From Sedimentisphaerales bacterium (GTDB lineage Bacteria > Planctomycetota > Phycisphaerae > Sedimentisphaerales > SM23-30): a stretch of 64,000 nucleotides of DNA. The notes beneath the pieces are model-generated. The model searched no databases, had not been told where the DNA came from, and saw only the letters and a program-made list of their open reading frames with translations. The translations under genes and the position numbers were made by a program. This document shows, piece by piece, positions 54,201 through 63,169 of the stretch; positions within the stretch are counted from its first letter, which is position 1; each line of letters starts with the position of its first letter. The stretch is taken from the NCBI GenBank assembly GCA_963663965.2, contig CAXXFK010000020.1:160001-224000 (forward strand), written 5' to 3'.

Positions 54201-56058
54201 CGATACGCAACTCATTCACCGGCTGCACCTGGACAATCCGCGTATCCAGTACCGTGCGGCCCTCGTGATTGATTTGATAGGCGTTCACCCGCAGTGTACC
54301 CGACAGCGACGCCGGCAGGTCAATCACCAGATCGCCCCGCCCCGCTTCCACCTCCAGCGTCCGGGCCAGCATCGTCTGGCGGTCCTTGATAATATCGACA
54401 AACATCCGCTCCGTCGTATTGGCTGTGATCACACGGATCGCCAGCGGCTCGCCGCCGCGATAGACCGCCTTGCCGGTCCGCAGAATAAAACGCCGTTCAT
54501 CCCCCACCTGCTCCAGGCTCTTTTCATAGATCCCGTTATTGCCCTGTGTATCCACCGCCGTAATACGCAAGGGCGTCTCTTCATCGCCACTTATCGTCAG
54601 CAGCGCCACCCCGGTAGTATCGGTGCGGACCTGTTTACCATTGACATTCAGCGAACAGAGCGCCGGCCGCCCATCGGGATAAGCCGTCAGAATATAGACC
54701 CGGTTCTCCAGTCCCGGCACCATCGCGCCGCTTTCCGGAATCACATGCACATCAATCGCCTGACTCGCCACTACCACTGGTTCCCGGGTCTGCTGCGTGT
54801 GCCCGGCGGTATCGGTCACACTCACCCCCAGTTCAATCACCGCGTTGCCGCCCGTACGCAAACTGCCGGCCAGCCGGTCCGGGATAATATGCTCCAATTG
54901 AAACTTCCCCTGCGCATCCGTCTGCCCCGTCACGCGAAACAGTTCCAACTCCCCGGCCAGATAGGTGTTCGCCACCACCTCCACCTGTCCAGCGGCCACC
55001 GGCTTGCCAAAGAAATAATCCGCCTGCACCGTCACCTGCATCACTTCACCGGCCAGATAATAGGGTCGATGCGACTCCGCCATCACCTTGAATTTGGGCA
55101 GTACATACTGTTTCACCGTCACGCTCTTTTCCGAAGTCACCCCGCCGGCATCAATCACAATCTTATACAACCCGGTATTGACCAGCGTCGCCAGTTCAAA
55201 ATCCGCCGCCGCGATCCCGAATTCCGAAGTTTGCTCCTCCGCGCGAAACACCTTGTTGCCCTTGGGATCCTCGACTTCAAAAACCACCGGCTGCCGGTCG
55301 GCCGGTTTTTGCGACACGGTATGCAGCGCCAGCGCCCGCATATGGATGGTCTGGCCCGGCTGATACAGCGGCTTGTCCGTCGTCACATAGATCCGCTGCG
55401 GCCGCTTGACCGTAATCGCCTGGCTCATCGAATCGCTGTCCCACCCCACCGGAATCACATTCAGGGTATAGTCTCCGCCCGCCATCGCCGGAATCACAAT
55501 CGGATCATCCAGACAGCCATCCGGCCCGGTGCGAAACCGGCCCAGTTCCACTTTTTTATTCGAGTCCTTACTCACCAGTTCGATCCGGACCGCCTTATCC
55601 TCCAGCGGTTTGCCCGTCTGGTAATCCTCCAGCAGAACCCGCAAAGCCGCCTCACTGCCGGAATACAGGCTGTCCTGCCCCAGCACTGTCATATTCACCA
55701 ACTTGGGCGACCAGACATACGCGCGATAGCCATAATACCCCAGCGCCGCCAGATAGAATAGCGCGGCGATCTTCAACACCTTCATAAAGATCTTCGGCAC
55801 CCGGGAAGGGCCCCTGGGTTCCTGATCCGGCTCCGCGGAGCCCGGATCGATCTGACCCATAATGGATTCGGTCACATCCCCCTCTTGATAATACTGACCC
55901 GCCGCCAGCAGCCGCTCGCGCAAGGTACGATTCTCCAGGTAAAACCGCCCGCAGTCCTCACACGCCTCCACATGCAATTCCATCAGCGACCGGGTCCGCT
56001 CATCCAGCAGACCTTCCAGGTACGCGATCATTTTATCCTGACATTCCTGACATTTCAT
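51250..56058 (-). CDS. zf-HC2 anti-sigma domain fused to alpha-2-macroglobulin with thioester motif
   Basis: AAGGAG + ATG 56058; MKCQEC...HVEACEDC (HxxxCxxC), TM helix, TDKPLYQPG and PDKPVYRPG MG domains, AVDEAV, RHYFPETLLW, MPYGCFEQ thioester, GSWHSTQST, VYEYYQP. Confidence 0.9.
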   Translation of the reverse strand: MKCQECQDKMIAYLEGLLDERTRSLMELHVEACEDCGRFYLENRTLRERLLAAGQYYQEGDVTESIMGQIDPGSAEPDQEPRGPSRVPKIFMKVLKIAALFYLAALGYYGYRAYVWSPKLVNMTVLGQDSLYSGSEAALRVLLEDYQTGKPLEDKAVRIELVSKDSNKKVELGRFRTGPDGCLDDPIVIPAMAGGDYTLNVIPVGWDSDSMSQAITVKRPQRIYVTTDKPLYQPGQTIHMRALALHTVSQKPADRQPVVFEVEDPKGNKVFRAEEQTSEFGIAAADFELATLVNTGLYKIVIDAGGVTSEKSVTVKQYVLPKFKVMAESHRPYYLAGEVMQVTVQADYFFGKPVAAGQVEVVANTYLAGELELFRVTGQTDAQGKFQLEHIIPDRLAGSLRTGGNAVIELGVSVTDTAGHTQQTREPVVVASQAIDVHVIPESGAMVPGLENRVYILTAYPDGRPALCSLNVNGKQVRTDTTGVALLTISGDEETPLRITAVDTQGNNGIYEKSLEQVGDERRFILRTGKAVYRGGEPLAIRVITANTTERMFVDIIKDRQTMLARTLEVEAGRGDLVIDLPASLSGTLRVNAYQINHEGRTVLDTRIVQVQPVNELRIDARPDKPVYRPGDPVTIDLQVTDRYRQSVPAALGVCAVDEAVFYVGENRPGLMEQFFAIDEEMLQPAYQIKFAVSPAQLLGGDERYQTLAMALFSIREKNAVDSLRNAQILKELKEYIDPHILENIQKYIDNPGFSEILNQPRYQEIMKILKPDKPMYSISYANRYDNQKKSGSMEKIFKNTFFRLLIIGTIIGMLILFFSAIIQIRYLILKIVLILFLSLFVSSLFMPALGRSRIRAKEMVAASAMQAADSAIEMVRNDNPSLFSESMTGQSSAPPRVRHYFPETLLWQPQVITDDGGRARIELTAADSITTWRMNIDAVSAGGQLGSCELGLKVFQDFFVDLDLPVALTRNDEITLPVVCYNYLNREQTVELALQVDSWCEVLDQSRKQLTLQPNEVLSVSFRIKAVEVGTHPLMVLAQGQAMSDAIRREVRVKPDGREVNWLVSDSLTGDNRHTLTLAEEAIAHSQQLQLTLYPSTFSEVMEGLDAIFQMPYGCFEQTSSITYPNIMVLQYMLETKQVTPEIEAKARKFIAAGYQRLLTFEVAGGGFDWFGNPPANIMLSAYGVMEFSDMARVHSVDKRIIDRTAAWLFGKQREDGSWPDDRDVHLVDVQRMGPVAPTAYIAWNLAEAGIEHEGVARAMAYLREHLGEVRSPYVMALAANALLAANPNDTAGRQLADVLANRFEQEGQLALLSGDGCGMMYSRGICLDIETTALGTMALMKGNRHGEIVRKALTWLTRQKDSYGSWHSTQSTILTMKALMMGMRQALGSDQTIQLEVQVNGRPAGQAVIDARNSDLVQALNLSEILRPGENAIRISSRGGSIPYRLSGGYWVPDREPGTLVEPGPDRQLDIAVSYDRTRLGVDDRLGCTVTVRNLSGGVVPMAIVDLGIPPGFGVDPAGFQLLQAAGQLARYEITGTQCILYLRALPADKPFTFDYQLKAKYPVKARIEPARVYEYYQPDNRAESQPFMVEVELNPEMEL

Positions 56059-56090
56059 GGCTGTATCTCCTTGCCAACCGCAGTTGACAG

Positions 56091-56639
56091 TTATGGGTTG
56101 AGTGAATGGGCCAGCCGTTCGCGCAGCATCTGATAGGCGCGCGACAGCATCTTGGTCACCGTGCCGATCGGCATCTCCATCTGGGTCGCCACTTCGCGGC
56201 ACGTCAGACCGCTGAAATAGCGCATCATCACCAGGTTCCGATACGGCTCCGGCAGGCTCTCCAGCGCCTCTTCCAGTTCATAATCGCCCGCGGGCGACTG
56301 CGAACCGGGATGATTCGGTTGGGTTTTCATCCGGGACACCTCTTTGTGTTTCTTTTCCGTGCGAACGGTTTCCAGTACGACCAGGTAAGCGATCCCCAAC
56401 AGCCACGCGCCCAGCTTCTCCGGCTCCTTCAACTCATCCAGCCCGCGCCACGCTCGCAGAAAGGTCTCCTGCACAATATCGTCCGTATCATGGATATGGT
56501 GTTTACGCGCCAGCCAGGCCCGCACGATCGGCTGATAACGCCGGATCACTACCCGAAACGCCTCAGCCTGACCGCCCAGGCACCGCGCGATCGCCTCCCG
56601 GTCGGACAGGGCCGCCTGATTGTTGGTCTGTGTTTCCAA
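56091..56639 (-). CDS. ECF sigma-70 family RNA polymerase sigma factor
   Basis: DDIVQETFLRAW, AWLLGIA, GTVTKMLSRA; TTG start. Confidence 0.92.
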   Translation of the reverse strand: METQTNNQAALSDREAIARCLGGQAEAFRVVIRRYQPIVRAWLARKHHIHDTDDIVQETFLRAWRGLDELKEPEKLGAWLLGIAYLVVLETVRTEKKHKEVSRMKTQPNHPGSQSPAGDYELEEALESLPEPYRNLVMMRYFSGLTCREVATQMEMPIGTVTKMLSRAYQMLRERLAHSLNP

Positions 56640-56661
56640 TGCTTAACCTTCCCATAAATAC

Positions 56662-56684
56662 GTGGCACGGGCATCCTGCCCGTG
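56662..56684 (+). repeat. REP-like element (GTGG + palindrome)
   Basis: GTGG-CACGGGCA-TCC-TGCCCGTG: GT(A/G)G tetranucleotide followed by a perfect 8-bp stem, the canonical REP layout. Confidence 0.65.
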
Positions 56685-57186
56685 ATTGAGTTTTGTATTT
56701 TTTCACAGGCGCCAATGCCCGGTCAACCTGGTTTTTCGCAACAGGAACGGATTGCTATTCACTTGTTTAACGATTAAAGGATACACCAGTGTTTCTTTCT
56801 ACCTGATTGTGAAAAAAATCAGCCGGATTGCGACAAAATATTATATTTTTTTGCATTTCTTCATTTCCACCCCATCCCCAACACCGCTCTAACCGCCGGT
56901 AAAAAATCAATTTAGCAACAAACACTCGACCTTTTACAGGTTTGTCAGGACAAATACCAGCTTCAGATATGCCTTGACACTATGCATAATAATGTGTTAT
57001 TACTGAATAATAGGTATGACCGAATTTGCATATTAGAGTATTTAATGAAAATCAGGCATTATATGTCTATATTTTCTTAATTTGGTAATAAAAATTCTGA
57101 GTCATGAAAGGAGTGAACATGTTGGTGGAATCAAGCTCTAAGGTTGTTTCGGTAGTTGTCTTTCTTTATGGTTAAATGTTTTCTAA

Positions 57187-58164
57187 ATGGCCAGGAATTC
57201 ACCCAAAATTCAAAGATTGCTAAAGCAAAATGCAACTACTAAGCGGAAATATGTTGTTAATTATGCCACGGATTTACCACATATTTTGGTTGAACTTGAG
57301 CCAGACCAGGATCCGAACAATCCTGACACCGTTGAGCGGTTATACTATTATTACAATGATTTATTAGTTGCTCATCGTGAAGGGGCCTATTCAATCGGTC
57401 AGTACCAAAACAGATATTTTTATCTGCATGACCGATTAGGCAGCGTCAGACAGATCATCGATTATTTAGGTAATGTGAAAAATCGTTATATTTATTCACC
57501 CTGGGGCAACCAGTTACTGGATGAATGTGAAACAACGATTGAAAACAATTATCTCTTTACCGGGTTATTTTATGACTGGGAAATTGATGCTTATGATGCC
57601 CGGGCAAGGGAATACTTCCCCTACCTGGCAAGATTTAATGGCTACGATCCTGTCCTTGGAAATTTCCAGGAACCACTTACCCTGCATCAGTATTTGTATT
57701 GTTTGAATGATCCAGTGAATATGATTGATTCAGATGGGAATATGGCATTCGTAGCAATGATGACTGGAACAGGCGGAGCAACAGCATTAGAATGCGCATT
57801 ATATGCTGGCGGTGCTACTTTAGCAGTTTATGTAACATACAAGTTGTTTGATGCAATTGATTTAAATAATACTGTCTTAGATTTAGTGATTGCTGCTGAT
57901 AATGCATTGGATAACATTAATGATGCTCTTATGGATACTGCTATTAATATAGCTGTTTGGGCAAAATCGCGTGATAGTAGTAAAAATGAACCACATGGTG
58001 ATGGTGGGAGATCACTAGAGAAAGCAAGAAAACAAATTGAAGAATTGGAAGAGCAACTTAAGGATGCAACTGGAAGAGAAGCAAAAAAAATTAAAAATAA
58101 AATCAAAAGGATATGGGACGATGCACAAAAAAAGAAAAAAGGAGAAACACACCATAAAAGATAA
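57187..58164 (+). CDS. Orphan Rhs core with C-terminal putative toxin domain
   Basis: YLHDRLGSVR, YSPWG, YLFTG, RAREYFPYLARF, HQYLYCLNDPVNMIDSDG; hydrophobic linker then a Lys-rich helical tip. Confidence 0.88.
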   Translation: MARNSPKIQRLLKQNATTKRKYVVNYATDLPHILVELEPDQDPNNPDTVERLYYYYNDLLVAHREGAYSIGQYQNRYFYLHDRLGSVRQIIDYLGNVKNRYIYSPWGNQLLDECETTIENNYLFTGLFYDWEIDAYDARAREYFPYLARFNGYDPVLGNFQEPLTLHQYLYCLNDPVNMIDSDGNMAFVAMMTGTGGATALECALYAGGATLAVYVTYKLFDAIDLNNTVLDLVIAADNALDNINDALMDTAINIAVWAKSRDSSKNEPHGDGGRSLEKARKQIEELEEQLKDATGREAKKIKNKIKRIWDDAQKKKKGETHHKR

Positions 58165-58178
58165 ATGAGGTATAAGAT

Positions 58179-58658
58179 ATGATAAGTAAAGTTATTATAA
58201 AACCACTTATAGGCATAGATAGTATTCATCTAGGGATGCAAAGAAATGTTGTAGAGACTGTATTAGGTGTTCCAGATTTGTTTGAGCAAAAAGCTTATGA
58301 TGAAGATGATAGCACAGAAGTGATATTGGAATACACAAGCTTTGGTATTGAATTGACGTTTTCGTCTACAGACAATTATCTTCTTGGAACAATAACGATA
58401 AAATCAGAGGAAGCAGAGCTTAATGGTCATAAAATAATCGGTTTGAGGGAAAACGAATTTTTGAATTTGTTATCTCATATCAATATTGGCCCAATTAAAT
58501 TGGAAGACGATTTTATTGATTTAGATTCGCGCGACTACACGTGTGATAGCCTGAGTATGTCCTTTTGGGTACATAACGGAATATTAACCTCAATAACATT
58601 ATATCCTAAATATGATGATACGGGGAATACTCCTATTTGGCCGAATATTATTAGATAA
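58179..58658 (+). CDS. Putative immunity protein
   Basis: Starts 14 bp after the Rhs stop, acidic, AT-rich; IKPLIGIDSIHLGM...VLGVP N-terminus. Confidence 0.7.
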   Translation: MISKVIIKPLIGIDSIHLGMQRNVVETVLGVPDLFEQKAYDEDDSTEVILEYTSFGIELTFSSTDNYLLGTITIKSEEAELNGHKIIGLRENEFLNLLSHINIGPIKLEDDFIDLDSRDYTCDSLSMSFWVHNGILTSITLYPKYDDTGNTPIWPNIIR

Positions 58659-58864
58659 GCAAACGGTTCTTCCTTTGTTTTTTTAATATTATATTTATTC
58701 TCACCGAGGTGGCCATGAACGCAATGATATAAGTATCAAATGACTTTGGAAAGAAAGACTTATCAAATTACTTAAGCTTACAGTAATGAATCGTTTATTT
58801 ATAAAGACATCTTGAAATGCATAATATTTCTTATAGTTTTTCGACATAAATTTCGGAGGATAAA

Positions 58865-59938
58865 ATGAAAAACCATGTTTTAACATTAGTTCTATTGTTA
58901 ATCGTATCTAGTGCCAATGCTATGGATTATGTTGTCTATGACATCGGTAAACTGCATTATTTTGGCAGCTGGGGTACTGAGTCAATTCAAATTAATAATA
59001 ATAACCAGGTCGTTGCTGCTGTTTCAACCGGAACCGGCCAGGCAAAGATAGTCTATTGGGATAATAATCAAATCGATGATATTCCTTTTACTGCTATTGA
59101 TTCATATTCTCCGGATATTGTTCATATCAATGACGCCGGTCTGGTATTATGCCAGAGCCAGTGGAAATCGGAACTATGGACAAAAAATAATGGGGCATGG
59201 GAAATGCTTGGGGAAACAGGAATACTCAGGGCAACCGATTTAAATAATCATGGCGACGTTTGTTCAGGAAACGTTTACGCCAGAAAGAGCGATAGTTACC
59301 ATCCCATTTCAACTGATATTGTTGGGTGTGGTTTGAATGATTCCGATGTCATTGTTGGGCAGCAAGTTACCATGAACACCCCCCCAACTAGTGGTGACCT
59401 TTACCTGAAAAAACCGGCCATGTGGGCGAATGGCGCCATTACCCTGTTAACGGAACCTTCCGGTTATGATAATGTCCAGGCACTTGATATCAATAATCAA
59501 GGAATCATCATTGGAGAAGCCTATAAGGAAATTAATGGAATTCCTCAAAATAAATACATTAACACCGCTTTTGTGTGGGAAGATGGCCAATATTGTGAAC
59601 TGCCTTGTGATTATGACTGGGTCAAAGCCATGGCTATTAACGATACGGATAATCCCATCATTGTCGGAGGCTATGGCAAATCCAGCTTTCTGCCTGGAGT
59701 TACTACTGCCTGCTTATGGCAGAATGGCGAACTGATCAATCTGGCGGATTTTGAAGTGTCAGATGAGGGATGGAAATTTGTATGCGCTATTGATGTTAAT
59801 GATGAGGGATGGATTGTTGGCTATGGCACCAATCCCGACGGTCAGTCCCACCATGGTTTCATCATGCAGCCGGTCCCGGAACCCGCCTCCCTGATCATAA
59901 TGGCTGGGGGATTCCTCGTAATTAAAAAAAGGCGATAA
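58865..59938 (+). CDS. PEP-CTERM surface protein with HAF-like extracellular repeats
   Basis: Signal peptide; repeated A.DINN.G.IVG...W.NG; C-terminal VPEPASLIIMAGGFLVIKKRR. Confidence 0.88.
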   Translation: MKNHVLTLVLLLIVSSANAMDYVVYDIGKLHYFGSWGTESIQINNNNQVVAAVSTGTGQAKIVYWDNNQIDDIPFTAIDSYSPDIVHINDAGLVLCQSQWKSELWTKNNGAWEMLGETGILRATDLNNHGDVCSGNVYARKSDSYHPISTDIVGCGLNDSDVIVGQQVTMNTPPTSGDLYLKKPAMWANGAITLLTEPSGYDNVQALDINNQGIIIGEAYKEINGIPQNKYINTAFVWEDGQYCELPCDYDWVKAMAINDTDNPIIVGGYGKSSFLPGVTTACLWQNGELINLADFEVSDEGWKFVCAIDVNDEGWIVGYGTNPDGQSHHGFIMQPVPEPASLIIMAGGFLVIKKRR

Positions 59939-59994
59939 CCGCCTGAATAATAACTCAATTTTGAATTCCAACCTGCTTGGGCCAATTATCCCAA

Positions 59995-60549
59995 TCACCC
60001 CGCCAGTTCCGCGCCGCGTAAGATTGCCTGTTCATTCAGTGGAATCAGGTGATGATAGCGTTTGGCCAGTACATCCTTCAGGCAATCGCACGCCTGCTGC
60101 GGGCTGATACACCCGGTGGATTTCAGCCAGCCGCCCAGCGCCACCATGTTGGAACTTTTGATACTGCCCAGTTTGTTCGCCGTCTCATCGGCCGGGATCT
60201 CGCGCACCCGGATATCCGTCCGGTCGGGCAGCTGATGGACCAGCGTGCTGTTCGAGACCAGCAACCCCTTGGGCTTCAGGCACGCCGAAAACTTATCGCA
60301 CGAAACCTGGTTCATGACAATAATCGAATCCGGCCGTACCACCAGCGGGTTGTCGATCGGATCGGTATCGATCACAATCATGCACTTGGCCGTGCCGCCG
60401 CGCATCTCCGCGCCGTAAGAGGGCATATAGGTCACCTGATATCCGGACAGCATGGCTACCTGGGCGAGTAACTTCCCAACCAGGATCACCCCCTGGCCGC
60501 CATGTCCGGCGATAATAACTTCGTGATGTTTCGATTGGCTTTGTGTCAT
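59995..60549 (-). CDS. 2-oxoacid:ferredoxin oxidoreductase gamma subunit
   Basis: IAGHGGQG, PSYGAEMRGG, NMVALG. Confidence 0.93.
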   Translation of the reverse strand: MTQSQSKHHEVIIAGHGGQGVILVGKLLAQVAMLSGYQVTYMPSYGAEMRGGTAKCMIVIDTDPIDNPLVVRPDSIIVMNQVSCDKFSACLKPKGLLVSNSTLVHQLPDRTDIRVREIPADETANKLGSIKSSNMVALGGWLKSTGCISPQQACDCLKDVLAKRYHHLIPLNEQAILRGAELAG

Positions 60550-60556
60550 AACGCGT

Positions 60557-61318
60557 CTATTGGGGTGCGGTGGTATCCTTTATCAGACCCAGCGGGAAGA
60601 TTTTGATCATTTCAGTTTCGATCCATTTCATCGCCTCGGCCGCGGTCTTGCGCCACGAAATCGGACACGGCGACAGCACCTCCACCAGGTTCAACCCCCG
60701 CACGCCGTTGATCTGGTTCTGAAACGCTTTCTGGATCGCTTTTTTCGTTTTAATCACATTGCCCGGCGTATGCACCGAACACCGTTCGATATAGCTTGTG
60801 CCCGGCAAGACCGCCAGCAGTTCCGAGACGTTCATCGGATAGCCCTGCACCTGCGCGTCGCGGCCGCCCGGCGTGGTCAGTGTCACCTGCTTTTCCAGCG
60901 TGGTCGGCGCCATCTGGCCCCCGGTCATCCCGTAGATGGCGTTATTGATAAAAATAACCGTGATCCGCTCGCCCCGATGGGCCGCGTGCAGAATTTCACC
61001 CGCGCCGATCGAGGCCAGGTCGCCGTCGCCCTGGTACGAAAAGACGATCATCTCCGGCCGCACCCGTTTGATCCCCGTCGCCACCGCCGGCGCCCGGCCA
61101 TGGGCCACCTCGATCATATCGACATCGATATAATCATACGCCAGCACCGCGCAACCCACCGGCGCGATGCCGATGGTCTTGCCCTGGATCCCCAGTTCTT
61201 CGATCACTTCACAGACCAGGCGATGGGCCACTCCATGCCCGCACCCGGGACAGTAATGGGTACACTGATCCTTCAGGACCGGCGTCTTCGAAAATATAGT
61301 TTTTAATGCTTCTGCCAT
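60557..61318 (-). CDS. 2-oxoacid:ferredoxin oxidoreductase beta (TPP-binding) subunit
   Basis: YCPGCGHG, HGRAPA, QGDGD, NNAIYGMTGGQ. Confidence 0.95.
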   Translation of the reverse strand: MAEALKTIFSKTPVLKDQCTHYCPGCGHGVAHRLVCEVIEELGIQGKTIGIAPVGCAVLAYDYIDVDMIEVAHGRAPAVATGIKRVRPEMIVFSYQGDGDLASIGAGEILHAAHRGERITVIFINNAIYGMTGGQMAPTTLEKQVTLTTPGGRDAQVQGYPMNVSELLAVLPGTSYIERCSVHTPGNVIKTKKAIQKAFQNQINGVRGLNLVEVLSPCPISWRKTAAEAMKWIETEMIKIFPLGLIKDTTAPQ

Positions 61319-61447
61319 TGGATTATTGGATTTCTTTAGCTTTTTTAATAAATCGTTTCGTGGTCAGGTTCGATTCCGAGACTAAATTGAGTACGGTCTC
61401 AACATTCAATCAAGTCGCTGACTCTTGTTCGTGTCCATTCGCGGTTT

Positions 61448-62515
61448 TTAACCTTTTTTGTCTTCGGCCAGTTCCGTTATCTTTTCCAATATTGCCGCCG
61501 CCGAGGGAATCCCCCCGCCGGCCCGGCCATAAAAAGACACCGGCGCGCGGCCCTCCACACCCAGGCGCACATCATCGAGCATCTGGCCCAGACTCATTTC
61601 CACTGTTAAAAACTGCTTAACCCGGTCCGCCAGCGTGCCAAACGCCTTATACGGGAACGGCCACAAGGTAATCGGCCGAATCAAACCCGCCTTGATGCCC
61701 TGCTTGCGGGCCTGACGAATCGCCGGACGGGCAATCCGCGACATCATGCCATAAGCCGCCACCACAATCTCCGCGTCTTCGGTCATCCATTCTTCACAAC
61801 GGACCTCGTTGGCATAGATATCATCGTATTTTGCCTGTAATTTCAGATTATGCTCTTCCAAACCCCCTTCAGCCAGTATCAGCGACCGAACAATATGCTG
61901 CGATCGATTCTTCATCCCGGTCAGCGCCCAGTCCTTGGCCGGCAATGCCATCTTTTCGACTCGACGCGACAAATCCACCGGCTCCATCATCTGGCCCAGC
62001 ACCCCATCGCCCAGGATCATCACCGGGATCCGGTAGACATCCGCCAGATCGAACGCCAGATAAACATGGTCCACCACATCCTGCACACTGGCCGGCGCCA
62101 GCACAATCGTGCGATAATCGCCATGCCCGCCGCCGCGCGTCGCCTGAAAATAATCCGACTGGGACGGCGCGATATTACCCAGTCCCGGCCCGCCGCGCAT
62201 CATATTCACGATCACACAGGGCAGCTCGGCGCCGCACAGATAACTGATACCTTCCTGCATCAGACTGATACCCGGACTCGACGAACTGGTCATGGTCCGC
62301 GCGCCGGTCGCCGCCGCGCCAAACACCATATTGATGGCCGCGACTTCGCTTTCACTTTGCAGAAAAATCCGCCCTTCCTGGGGCATCCGCCGCGACATAT
62401 AAGCCGGTACTTCGTTCTGGGGGGTAATCGGATACCCGAAATACGCTTCGCAACCTGCTTGTATCGCCGCCTCGGCCAGGGCTTCGTTACCGCACATGAG
62501 TGTCATCTGACTCAA
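61448..62515 (-). CDS. 2-oxoacid:ferredoxin oxidoreductase alpha subunit (VorB-like)
   Basis: GNEA, GYPITPQ, ESEVAA, SSSPGISL, RGGPGLG. Confidence 0.95.
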   Translation of the reverse strand: MSQMTLMCGNEALAEAAIQAGCEAYFGYPITPQNEVPAYMSRRMPQEGRIFLQSESEVAAINMVFGAAATGARTMTSSSSPGISLMQEGISYLCGAELPCVIVNMMRGGPGLGNIAPSQSDYFQATRGGGHGDYRTIVLAPASVQDVVDHVYLAFDLADVYRIPVMILGDGVLGQMMEPVDLSRRVEKMALPAKDWALTGMKNRSQHIVRSLILAEGGLEEHNLKLQAKYDDIYANEVRCEEWMTEDAEIVVAAYGMMSRIARPAIRQARKQGIKAGLIRPITLWPFPYKAFGTLADRVKQFLTVEMSLGQMLDDVRLGVEGRAPVSFYGRAGGGIPSAAAILEKITELAEDKKG

Positions 62516-62520
62516 TTTAA

Positions 62521-62787
62521 CTATTTCTCCACGGCAATGGGGGTATCTGTCTCATCCAATGGTTCGTCCAGTTCCTGGGTAACCACAGCCACGGTAATCG
62601 CGACATCCGGACACATCAACGCGCACATCTTACAGGCGATACAGCATTCAGCATTCTTAGGCTGGGCCGGAAAATACCCCTTGGTGTTGGGATCTTCGTT
62701 TATGGCGATACAGCCCGGCTTGCATACCGAAATACAAAGACCACAGCCTTTGCATCGTTCGCGATCAATAGTGATTTTACCTTTCAT
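62521..62787 (-). CDS. 2x[4Fe-4S] ferredoxin (delta subunit)
   Basis: CKGCGLCISVC and CIACKMCALMCP. Confidence 0.95.
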   Translation of the reverse strand: MKGKITIDRERCKGCGLCISVCKPGCIAINEDPNTKGYFPAQPKNAECCIACKMCALMCPDVAITVAVVTQELDEPLDETDTPIAVEK

Positions 62788-63169
62788 TTATCGTTGCTCT
62801 CAATAAATCTAATAAGTGATTGTATTCACGAAAATCGGAAGTGTAAAGCAAAATGAACTTTTTCGTAAGGCTTTTGTTAGAATTTTACCGGCACTTTATA
62901 TACCTGCCGCATCCCAACCACCATTATCTTCAGTATTAACAATAAGTTAAGTCAATTTATACTCATACGCAGATACGTATATTTTATTTTATTTTACCGG
63001 GAATCTTTTTACAAAAACTTCCCGGATATCTCATAACTAATTGCAAATAAATACCTTGCATTGACTCACGTCCCGCCGCCTCCCATCCACTCATTTGACA
63101 GCCATATTACATTCTGTAATAACTTCACCCCAACTGCGTCGATCAGCCAGATATTCATTCATTGACCTT

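Noticed and set aside
56059..56202. 48-aa N-terminal extension of the A2M ORF in the track
   Set aside because: Overlaps the ECF gene; AAGGAG RBS and the zf-HC2 start support ATG 56058.
51295..56657. Long + strand ORFs (467, 597, 183 aa) opposite the A2M and ECF genes
   Set aside because: Antisense shadows of GC-rich genes; no recognisable domains.
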